From an archaeon GW2011_AR15 (GTDB lineage: Archaea > Nanobdellota > Nanobdellia > Woesearchaeales > GW2011-AR15), in assembly GCA_000830295.1 (NCBI GenBank), contig CP010425.1, forward strand, positions 1,056,001 to 1,120,000: DNA of 64,000 bases, written 5' to 3'. The position numbers were made by a program, and so were the translations under genes. Of this stretch, positions 56,870 through 64,000 are shown piece after piece (position 1 is the first letter of the stretch; every line of letters begins with the position of its first letter). The notes below the pieces were generated by a model that was given only the letters and a program-made list of their open reading frames with translations, did no database searches and was not told where the DNA came from.

Positions 56870-58402
56870 ATGGCAGAAAGGAACAGCAGGAACGAGCTTG
56901 CATGGGGGGCTGAAAACCAGGAGAAGCTCAGGAAATCAAAGGTCCTTGTTGCCGGCACAGATATACTCGGCCAGATGGTGCTTGGAGGACTTGCGGGACT
57001 GGGCATAGGCAGCATACATCTCATGGACAACAGGAGGGTAAGCAGGGGAGATTACGATTTTCTGTGCTCACAGACCAATACAGATATCGGGCAGAAAAAA
57101 ACCAGCCATATCAGAAGCACGCTGGAAAGCATAAATCCTTCTATCGATGCGGTTGTAGCTATCCATTCCAGATTCTCTGAAGCCCTGGCCTATCCTCTCC
57201 GGCCGGATATAATAGTGGACGCGACTAACGACCGGCTAACAAAGAAAAAGACTTCTGAATATGCAGCCAAGTACAGGATTCCTGTTATATCTGCCTCTTC
57301 AGGGAGTTCAAAAGCTGCTGTTTCTGTTTTTTCTCCGGCTAGGAAAATAAAACCAATGCACAGCTCTGCTGACCTTGATTCCCTTCTCATGGATGAATTC
57401 TATAAAGAGACGCAGTCTCCTGTGGCGGGCGGGGTCATAGCAGGGATTGCATGCGAGGAAGTGAGGAAGCAGATATTTGCGTATGATAAAAAAGATACTC
57501 CCCTCCAAAACAGGAAAAAAATCATGTATAACCTGAATTCTGAGTCCAGGACAGGAGTTTCTGAACCACAAAACATAGCTTCGTATTTCAGGCACAGGAA
57601 AATGCTGGTTGCCGGGGCAGGGGGCATTGGAACTTTTGTATGCCTTAATCTTGCTCTGCTTGGTGTAGGCTCTATTGATATAGTGGATTTTGATTCTGTC
57701 GAAGAGCACAACCTGAACAGGCAGCTCCTTTTCTACGGCAGGCAGGGTGAGCTGAAGGCTGAAGTGATGGCTGGCAGGATAGCCCTAATAGACCCTCATG
57801 CAGATGCTTCTGCTTTTTCCGCCAGGGTTGGGAAGATAGACATGAAAAAGGACAGGCCATGGCTGGAAGAGCTGTATGAGACAGACAGGAAGCTGTGGGA
57901 GCAGGAAGACGATAATACAAGAGAGCCTGATTATCCTGGGTTTGAGGATTATGTAAAAAAGAATTTCGGCTATCAAAAGGACAGGCTGCTTGATGAGAAG
58001 ATCGCAGAAAAAGGCTATGATATGATTTTCGGCTGCCTTGACAACAAGTATGCAAGAATATGGCTCAACAATTTCTCTGTTAATAACAAAATACCCTATA
58101 TTGACGGCGGAACCGCTGCCAGATCCGGCCAGGTTGCTGTGTATGTTCCCGGAAACACAAGCTGCGTGGACTGCCAGCTCGACCTGAAGCATCTCAAAAG
58201 GATTCCCATGCACTGCCATGAGGCAGATGCCAGCGTGGTCATGTCAAATATGGTTATAGGAAGCGCAATGGTCGGCGAGGCAGTAAGGATATTTTCCGGT
58301 GCAGCCCCCCTGAACGGGATTCTGAGATATGACCCCTTCTCTGATTCGCGGCTGTATATAGATAATAAAAGAACAAGGTTTGCAAAAAAACACGGGTGCT
58401 GA
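56870..58402 (+). CDS. E1-like enzyme with two tandem ThiF/MoeB domains
   Basis: Domain 1 VAGTDILG (degenerate); domain 2 GAGGIG, DFDSVEEHNLNRQ, GCLDN, CVDC, IPMHC; true start MAERN at 56870. Confidence 0.9.
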   Translation: MAERNSRNELAWGAENQEKLRKSKVLVAGTDILGQMVLGGLAGLGIGSIHLMDNRRVSRGDYDFLCSQTNTDIGQKKTSHIRSTLESINPSIDAVVAIHSRFSEALAYPLRPDIIVDATNDRLTKKKTSEYAAKYRIPVISASSGSSKAAVSVFSPARKIKPMHSSADLDSLLMDEFYKETQSPVAGGVIAGIACEEVRKQIFAYDKKDTPLQNRKKIMYNLNSESRTGVSEPQNIASYFRHRKMLVAGAGGIGTFVCLNLALLGVGSIDIVDFDSVEEHNLNRQLLFYGRQGELKAEVMAGRIALIDPHADASAFSARVGKIDMKKDRPWLEELYETDRKLWEQEDDNTREPDYPGFEDYVKKNFGYQKDRLLDEKIAEKGYDMIFGCLDNKYARIWLNNFSVNNKIPYIDGGTAARSGQVAVYVPGNTSCVDCQLDLKHLKRIPMHCHEADASVVMSNMVIGSAMVGEAVRIFSGAAPLNGILRYDPFSDSRLYIDNKRTRFAKKHGC

Positions 58403-58405
58403 AAA

Positions 58406-59506
58406 ATGAAACTGCTTGATGATATACTCAGTAAATATTTTTACAAAACTGCAGGCTCTTCTGGCTCTGATGCCTATGATTCGTCAAGACCTGATTATTC
58501 TGAGAGGTTCAATTTAAGGGATGACGGTCCGGAGTATATCATGAAGATGCAGAGATATCAGTACAGGTTCAGGGAGTGTCTTGAATCCAGGCTTGAAAAC
58601 CCGTCTGAGCCCGGAGAATACAGCAGCAGGATGATAAAGAGCACGGCAGCAATGACAGAGTTCTGTAATGACTATGGCTTTGACGTATCTTCCTATATCA
58701 GGAGCCGCGCGTTTAATGAAAGGAGAGAGCTGCTGAAAGAAAAGCTCAGGAGGAGGATTGCCAGAGATTCCAACAGGGAGATAGACAAGACAGTTGCAGA
58801 TGCTGCAAAGAGCATTAAGATAACAGATTACGCCCTGAAAAAAGCGAATTATGCTGCAAGAAAAATTTCAGAGCTTTCATCAAAAGCAGGGAAGCGCGGT
58901 TCGTACGAACTAGGCATGTACATGCTGAGCAGCTCTTTAAAGAATGACGATGATGTCGTGACTGATATTTATGTTGCACAGGAGCAGGTTGTGACCCAGG
59001 GCAGGTGCAACATAACCCCTGAGGGTGTGATGAAGTCGCTGAGAGATACAAAAAAATCAGGGAAGAGGATAATAGGCTGGGCCCATTCCCACGGCGGCTT
59101 CAGCACATTCTTCTCAGCAGAGGATGATGAAACCCTTCTCGGCAGGAAAAATATAGCAGAGAGCTCTTTTTTCCCGATGTTCCTTGAGAAAAAGGTTAAG
59201 GGGCATTTAGCGCCTGATGATGTGGTAAAATATTTCCTTGCACTTGTGGTAAATGAGAAGAACGATGAGCCGGCCTACAGGATAGTGGCTGTCAAGCCGA
59301 GGTATTTTGTTGAAAACGGGAGACTCAGGAAAAAGACAGAAGTAATAGACCTTGAGAGGACTATATCAGAAAACAGCGGGGAGAACTGGCCTGCTGCTGA
59401 GATAGCGGAAGAGAAAAGCAGGGAAATTGATGCAGAGATAGCCGGCCGCGTAAAGTTCCAGGACGGCACAAGATTAAGTGATTATCAGCCTGTTGTGACT
59501 GAATAA
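58406..59506 (+). CDS. JAB/MPN+ (JAMM) metalloprotease with N-terminal helical extension
   Basis: YELGMYML...IIGWAHSHGGFSTFFSAEDD (E, HxH, S, D). Confidence 0.88.
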   Translation: MKLLDDILSKYFYKTAGSSGSDAYDSSRPDYSERFNLRDDGPEYIMKMQRYQYRFRECLESRLENPSEPGEYSSRMIKSTAAMTEFCNDYGFDVSSYIRSRAFNERRELLKEKLRRRIARDSNREIDKTVADAAKSIKITDYALKKANYAARKISELSSKAGKRGSYELGMYMLSSSLKNDDDVVTDIYVAQEQVVTQGRCNITPEGVMKSLRDTKKSGKRIIGWAHSHGGFSTFFSAEDDETLLGRKNIAESSFFPMFLEKKVKGHLAPDDVVKYFLALVVNEKNDEPAYRIVAVKPRYFVENGRLRKKTEVIDLERTISENSGENWPAAEIAEEKSREIDAEIAGRVKFQDGTRLSDYQPVVTE

Positions 59507-60705
59507 GGCGTGCCGTAAATCCCAAGGTGGTTGGCAACTGGCCTGCCTCCCAGTTCCGCTGTATAGACAATGCCGCCTTTGTTCTCTATAATCAGTGAGC
59601 TGGATCCCCCACCGTCCATATTGATTGCATGGCTTGCCTGGTTTTCCAGCAGTATATATGCAAGCTCCCTGAAATTGAGCCCTGGCATATCTCCTGTATC
59701 CCCTACTGATATAACAAGTACAAGATGCTCATTCTCTTCATCCAGGCCTATTGATGTCCTCGGCCTTCTTGTCTCATACCCATCCTTGTGGTCAGGATGG
59801 CCCTTGTCCTTAACTTTTGCATTCACATCTCCTTTTACCACCAGTGTTGTCGAGCCTGAGATTGCATTGTAAACCACATTAGGCCTTTTTCCGATGCTGA
59901 CTTCATTGTCTTCTGAGATGAAGATTGGCACTTCCCCTGAATCTTCCGGCCTTTCTGCATACAGGTCTCCGAGCGAGGCTGCCAGCCCTGCAACATCTGC
60001 GTTCGAGCTGTATACTGTGCCAGGAGGCCAGGGCCACTGGTCGCCGTTGATTGCTATCTGCACTCTCTGCTGCCTCTGGAAATCAATAGCCGGCTGCAGG
60101 CCTGTCTGATGAGGGGTCACAAGGAAGCTTGTCCCCGGGTCTCTTAATGCAATCTTTACGACGTAATAGTGCACAGGGAATCCCTCTTCTGTGATATAAT
60201 CATCTTCCTTGTAGATTATATTCCTGTAAATCATCTCAAAGCCCTCGGGGATTTCCACTTTTTTGTAGTCCAGCTCCCTGTGCTCGAATGCCTCAAAGCT
60301 TGTTTTCTGCTCTGCTTTTGACAGCTCTATAGGGAAATCCAGGTATACAAAGAGGTTATTGCCTATGAATTCTGCTTCATAAGCTGGAGTCTGGTAATTT
60401 ACGTTGTATTCCTTTTCTTTAAAGGTTTTAAAATCGTCAATGCAATCCATGTAGTGGTCTTTGAGATAGTCTTCCACTAATTCCGGGTCGTCAACAACCC
60501 ACAGCTTCTCTTTCAGCTCCAATACTGTGAAATGCACGCACCCTGTCACGTAATCCTTTAATGATTCTTTTGTCTGAGTGAACAAAACTGCCTCTTCCCC
60601 CTCGTTCCGGAGGCTGTTAGGGTCTAAGGTGATGATGAATGCCACAATGAAGACCAGGAGAAGCCCTATTATAACGAATGCAGACGTCATCCCTCTTTTG
60701 TCCAT
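59485..60705 (-). CDS. Membrane-anchored phosphodiester glycosidase (NAGPA-like) protein
   Basis: MDKRG plus TM (class III-like signal); AINGD, RPRTSIG, AINMDGGGSS, RPVAN. Confidence 0.82.
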   Translation of the reverse strand: MDKRGMTSAFVIIGLLLVFIVAFIITLDPNSLRNEGEEAVLFTQTKESLKDYVTGCVHFTVLELKEKLWVVDDPELVEDYLKDHYMDCIDDFKTFKEKEYNVNYQTPAYEAEFIGNNLFVYLDFPIELSKAEQKTSFEAFEHRELDYKKVEIPEGFEMIYRNIIYKEDDYITEEGFPVHYYVVKIALRDPGTSFLVTPHQTGLQPAIDFQRQQRVQIAINGDQWPWPPGTVYSSNADVAGLAASLGDLYAERPEDSGEVPIFISEDNEVSIGKRPNVVYNAISGSTTLVVKGDVNAKVKDKGHPDHKDGYETRRPRTSIGLDEENEHLVLVISVGDTGDMPGLNFRELAYILLENQASHAINMDGGGSSSLIIENKGGIVYTAELGGRPVANHLGIYGTPYSVTTG

Positions 60706-60737
60706 GCAGGGTTTAGAGAAGGGGTGGTATATAAAGT

Positions 60738-60959
60738 TTGTTCAAAAAGATATTTATATTAGGGTTGCATATTGTCTTTGTGGTTAACAAAGAGCTGCTG
60801 AAATCACTCGGGTTTCTCGTACTGCTTTCTATCGGCTTTCCTTTAATCATGATACCCATATTCGAGAGTGTTCTGTACGGCATACTTGTCGGCCTGCTAT
60901 TGGCATTCTTCGGGTTTGTGGTTATGTTGTTTTTTAAGAGTGATTCGGGGAAGCGTTAA
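60738..60959 (+). CDS. Small membrane protein
   Basis: Two TM helices; start uncertain. Confidence 0.5.
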   Translation: MFKKIFILGLHIVFVVNKELLKSLGFLVLLSIGFPLIMIPIFESVLYGILVGLLLAFFGFVVMLFFKSDSGKR

Positions 60960-61045
60960 GCTTATCATTACAGCAACCTTTATAAATGACCACTGATTTT
61001 CCTGTAGCAGAGAGAGAAAAAACCGATTAGATCACTTTCTCAAGA

Positions 61046-61387
61046 GTGGCGGAGATGAAAGGAAAACCACTATTGCCTACATTAAGGATAAAAAAAAGAT
61101 ATGTCGTGTATGAGGTTGTCTCAGAGCAGGCTATAGACTCAAGGGAGGCTGTAAAGGCCATCATAGAGTCATATGCAAAGTGCTTCGGCACATTCGGGCT
61201 TGCTGAAGCAGGAATACTCGACACAAGGATATATGCGGGCAGCAGGGGAATGCTCAAGATAAACCACAGATACGTAGATAACCTGAGGGCAGCAATGGCC
61301 ATGATAAAAACAATAAACACCCAAAAAGTCATCATAAGGACCGCAGCTGTCTCGGGAATACTAAGAAAAGCAAAATTAAAGTTATAA
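61046..61387 (+). CDS. rnp2: RNase P protein Pop5/Rpp14
   Basis: LPTLR.KKRY, FG..G, VSGILRK; first gene of the exosome/proteasome operon. Confidence 0.85.
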   Translation: MAEMKGKPLLPTLRIKKRYVVYEVVSEQAIDSREAVKAIIESYAKCFGTFGLAEAGILDTRIYAGSRGMLKINHRYVDNLRAAMAMIKTINTQKVIIRTAAVSGILRKAKLKL

Positions 61388-61399
61388 GGAGGTCACAAA

Positions 61400-62116
61400 A
61401 TGCAACCACTACAGCACCAGATGATGGGTTATGATAGGGCAATTACAATGTTCTCTCCTGACGGGAGGTTATTGCAGGTAGAATATGCAAAGAAAACAGT
61501 AAGGCAGGGCAGCACTGCAATCGGAATAGTCTGCACTGACGGAATAATCCTTGTCACTGACAAGAGGATTGTCGACAAATTGATAGTCCCTGAGTCCGTC
61601 GAGAAGATATGGAAAATAGACGAGCACATAGGCGTCACAGCCTCAGGAATAATAAGCGACGGCAGGGTGCTTATAGAAAGGGCGCAGGTATTGGCGCAGC
61701 AGCACAAGGTGACATACGACTCACCTATTGATATAATATCCATTGTAAAGGATGTCGCAAACCTGAAGCAGTGGACAACGCAGTCAGGAGGGTACAGGCC
61801 TTTCGGCGTCTCACTGCTGATAGCAGGCGTTGACAACGGCACTCCGAAATTATACGAGACAGACCCGACAGGAATATATTTCCAGTACAAGGCAACTGTG
61901 ATAGGGGAAGGCGAGCCACAGGTCGAGGAAGTGCTTTACAAGGAATACAAGGAAAGCATGAACATGGAAGACGGCTTCAGGCTGGCAATGAGATGCCTCA
62001 AGAAAGCCCTTGACAAGAATTTTGACACTGAAAGGGTGGATGCGGCATTTATTTCCCTGAAGGACCAGAAATTCACAAAGGTGAAAAAGGAGAAACTTCT
62101 TGCATACGCAAAATGA
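61400..62116 (+). CDS. psmA: Proteasome alpha subunit
   Basis: GYDRAITMFSPDGRLLQVEYA, RPFGVSLL, TDPTG. Confidence 0.97.
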   Translation: MQPLQHQMMGYDRAITMFSPDGRLLQVEYAKKTVRQGSTAIGIVCTDGIILVTDKRIVDKLIVPESVEKIWKIDEHIGVTASGIISDGRVLIERAQVLAQQHKVTYDSPIDIISIVKDVANLKQWTTQSGGYRPFGVSLLIAGVDNGTPKLYETDPTGIYFQYKATVIGEGEPQVEEVLYKEYKESMNMEDGFRLAMRCLKKALDKNFDTERVDAAFISLKDQKFTKVKKEKLLAYAK

Positions 62117-62826
62117 AGCCGACAGGTGTAATAGAAAAGGAAAGGATATCCCTCAACCTAGCCAAGCTGAAAAAGGGCGGGGAGCACTTCGAGGTAATCA
62201 TAGACCCTGACAAGATTGTGCTTTACAGGAGCAAAAAGGCAGCTGCCAGGGAAGTCCTTATGTATGAAAAGATTTTCTCAGACGCAAAAAAAGGCTTTGA
62301 GGCTTCTTCTGAGCTTATCGGGAATGTGTTCGGCACAAATGACATACTGAAAGTGGCCGAGACAATCCTGAATGAGGGCGAAATACAGTTCACCCAGGAA
62401 TACAGGGACAATAAGAGGAAGGAAAAGCTGAACAGAATAATAGACATGATCACAAGGAACGCGCTTGACCCTGTTTCAGGCCTGCCGCATCCGAGGACAA
62501 GGATAGTGGCTGCAATGGAAGAGGCAAAAGTGAGGATTGATGATTTTAAGAGCGCTGAAGACCAGATAAACGATATAGTATCAAAGCTGAAGCCCATAAT
62601 CCCGATAAAAATAGGGATGAAGGAGATACATGTGAGGATTCCCACACAGTATGCGGGGAAATCATATTCAACTGTAGAGAAATTCGGCAGGATACTTAAC
62701 GACAGCTGGCTTACGGACGGCTCATGGGCGTGCACTGTCGAGATTCCGGCAGGGCTGCAGAACGATTTTTTCGACGCCTTAAACAAGCTGACACACGGGT
62801 CAGTAGAATCAAAAATTTTGAAATAA
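62113..62826 (+). CDS. Ribosome maturation factor SBDS/Sdo1
   Basis: GEHFEV, IFSDAKKG, FGT.D, EGEIQ, PHP.TRI, EIPAG. Confidence 0.93.
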   Translation: MKPTGVIEKERISLNLAKLKKGGEHFEVIIDPDKIVLYRSKKAAAREVLMYEKIFSDAKKGFEASSELIGNVFGTNDILKVAETILNEGEIQFTQEYRDNKRKEKLNRIIDMITRNALDPVSGLPHPRTRIVAAMEEAKVRIDDFKSAEDQINDIVSKLKPIIPIKIGMKEIHVRIPTQYAGKSYSTVEKFGRILNDSWLTDGSWACTVEIPAGLQNDFFDALNKLTHGSVESKILK

Positions 62827-62842
62827 ACGGTGAAACAAAAAA

Positions 62843-63583
62843 ATGGATAAAACAAACTTAAAAATAAATGATAAAGATGTTGTTGTTCCCGGTGAGATAC
62901 TGGCAGAAGGAATGGATTACCTGCCGAGCCAGGGGACATACAGGAAGGATAACCATGTTATCGCTTCAATGCTGGGACTGGCAAGGATAGAGGGGAAAGT
63001 CATAAAGATAATCCCTCTCTCAGGAAACTATCTCCCCAAAAGAGGGGACGTGATAGTGGGAAAAGTGGCTGACATTAATTTCAGCGGATGGTCTGTTGAG
63101 ACAAACTCCGCATATGCAGCAATGCTTTCCATGAAAGACGCAACCTCTGACTACATAAGGAGGGGGGAAGACCTTACAAAGTACTTCAATATAGGCGACT
63201 ATATTGTCACAAAGATATACAACGTGACAAGCCAGAACCTGATTGACCTTACAATGAAAGGCCCCGGGCTGAGGAAGCTTACAACAGGAAGGATAATGAA
63301 AGTCGCCTCACCAAAAGTCCCAAGGATAATCGGGAAGCAGGGCTCAATGGTGAGCATGATAAAGAAAGCAACAAACTGCAATATAATTGTCGGGCAGAAC
63401 GGCGTAGTCTGGATAAAGGGATTGAACCCTGAGGACGAGCTTATAACTGTCGAGACAATAAAGAAGATAGAAGACGAAAGCCATGTCTCCGGGCTTACAG
63501 GAATCATACAGAAATTCCTGGAAAGCAAGGGCCGGAAGGCAGTTTTGGAAACAGTAACAGAAGAAACTACAGGTGAGGCTTAA
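62843..63583 (+). CDS. rrp4: Exosome RNA-binding subunit Rrp4
   Basis: VVPGE, YLPKRGD (S1 domain), KVPRIIGKQGSM (KH domain), GQNG.VW. Confidence 0.95.
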   Translation: MDKTNLKINDKDVVVPGEILAEGMDYLPSQGTYRKDNHVIASMLGLARIEGKVIKIIPLSGNYLPKRGDVIVGKVADINFSGWSVETNSAYAAMLSMKDATSDYIRRGEDLTKYFNIGDYIVTKIYNVTSQNLIDLTMKGPGLRKLTTGRIMKVASPKVPRIIGKQGSMVSMIKKATNCNIIVGQNGVVWIKGLNPEDELITVETIKKIEDESHVSGLTGIIQKFLESKGRKAVLETVTEETTGEA

Positions 63584-64000
63584 TGGTTTACAAGAAAAGA
63601 CTTGACGGAAGGAAATTTGACGAGCTAAGGGAAATAGAAGCAAAAGTCGGCGTGATACAGAACGCCACAGGCTCAGCATATTTCAGGATTGGAAAGACTG
63701 TTGCATACGCAGCTGTTTACGGCCCAAGGGAACTCTATCCGAGATTCATGCAGGACCCTAAAAAAGGGCTGCTGAGATGCAACTACAACATGCTTCCCTT
63801 CTCAGGCTCAGGCGAAAGAGTAAGGCCGGGTCCGAGCAGGAGAAGCAGGGAAATCTCGCTGGTGACAGACAAGGCATTGCTGCCTGTTGTTGACCTTGAG
63901 CAGTTCCCGAACTCTGTAGTGGATGTTTTCATAGAGCTTCCGCAGACAGACGCAGGCTCAAGATGTGCAGGCATATGCGCAGCCTCAATGGCTCTTGCTG
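63583..64000 (+). CDS. rrp41: Exosome subunit Rrp41 (truncated by the window end)
   Basis: MVYKKRLDGRKFDELREI...GSAY..AAVYGPRE..MLPFS..RRSREIS..DAGSR. Confidence 0.93.
   Translation, partial: MVYKKRLDGRKFDELREIEAKVGVIQNATGSAYFRIGKTVAYAAVYGPRELYPRFMQDPKKGLLRCNYNMLPFSGSGERVRPGPSRRSREISLVTDKALLPVVDLEQFPNSVVDVFIELPQTDAGSRCAGICAASMALA

Noticed and set aside
62223-62939. 238-aa minus-strand ORF
   Set aside because: Antisense shadow of the SBDS and rrp4 genes
1-64000. CRISPR array, rRNA, integrase or transposase
   Set aside because: No regularly spaced repeats, rRNA signatures or recombinase motifs were seen

Overview
Chromosomal window of an archaeon. The informational genes are archaeal (aEF-1alpha, aEF-2, aIF2gamma, TFE, Alba, L7Ae, S8e/S17e/S28e/L24e/L37e, SRP54, proteasome alpha, exosome). 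Gene content plus many bacterial-type genes (xfp-ackA, thrS, lspA, RNase HIII) suggests a DPANN, Woesearchaeota-like organism (inference). Six tRNAs are present, four with introns. No CRISPR array, rRNA, integrase or transposase was seen. Top leads: (1) a 10-gene NAD+ salvage operon with an embedded Ser/Thr kinase, vWA protein and truncated pyruvate-kinase-like enzyme; (2) a possible split ubiquitin-like system, with a two-domain UBA1-like E1 plus JAB protease operon at 56.9-59.5 kb and a ubiquitin-like ORF with a masked GG at 26.8 kb; (3) a minimal cobalamin-riboswitch-like RNA before a DUF4346 gene; (4) hairpin-packed units bounded by duplicated tRNA ends at three tRNAs; (5) K-turn motifs in tRNA introns and an orphan structured RNA after aIF2gamma. 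All family calls come from motif recognition by eye; no database searches were run.
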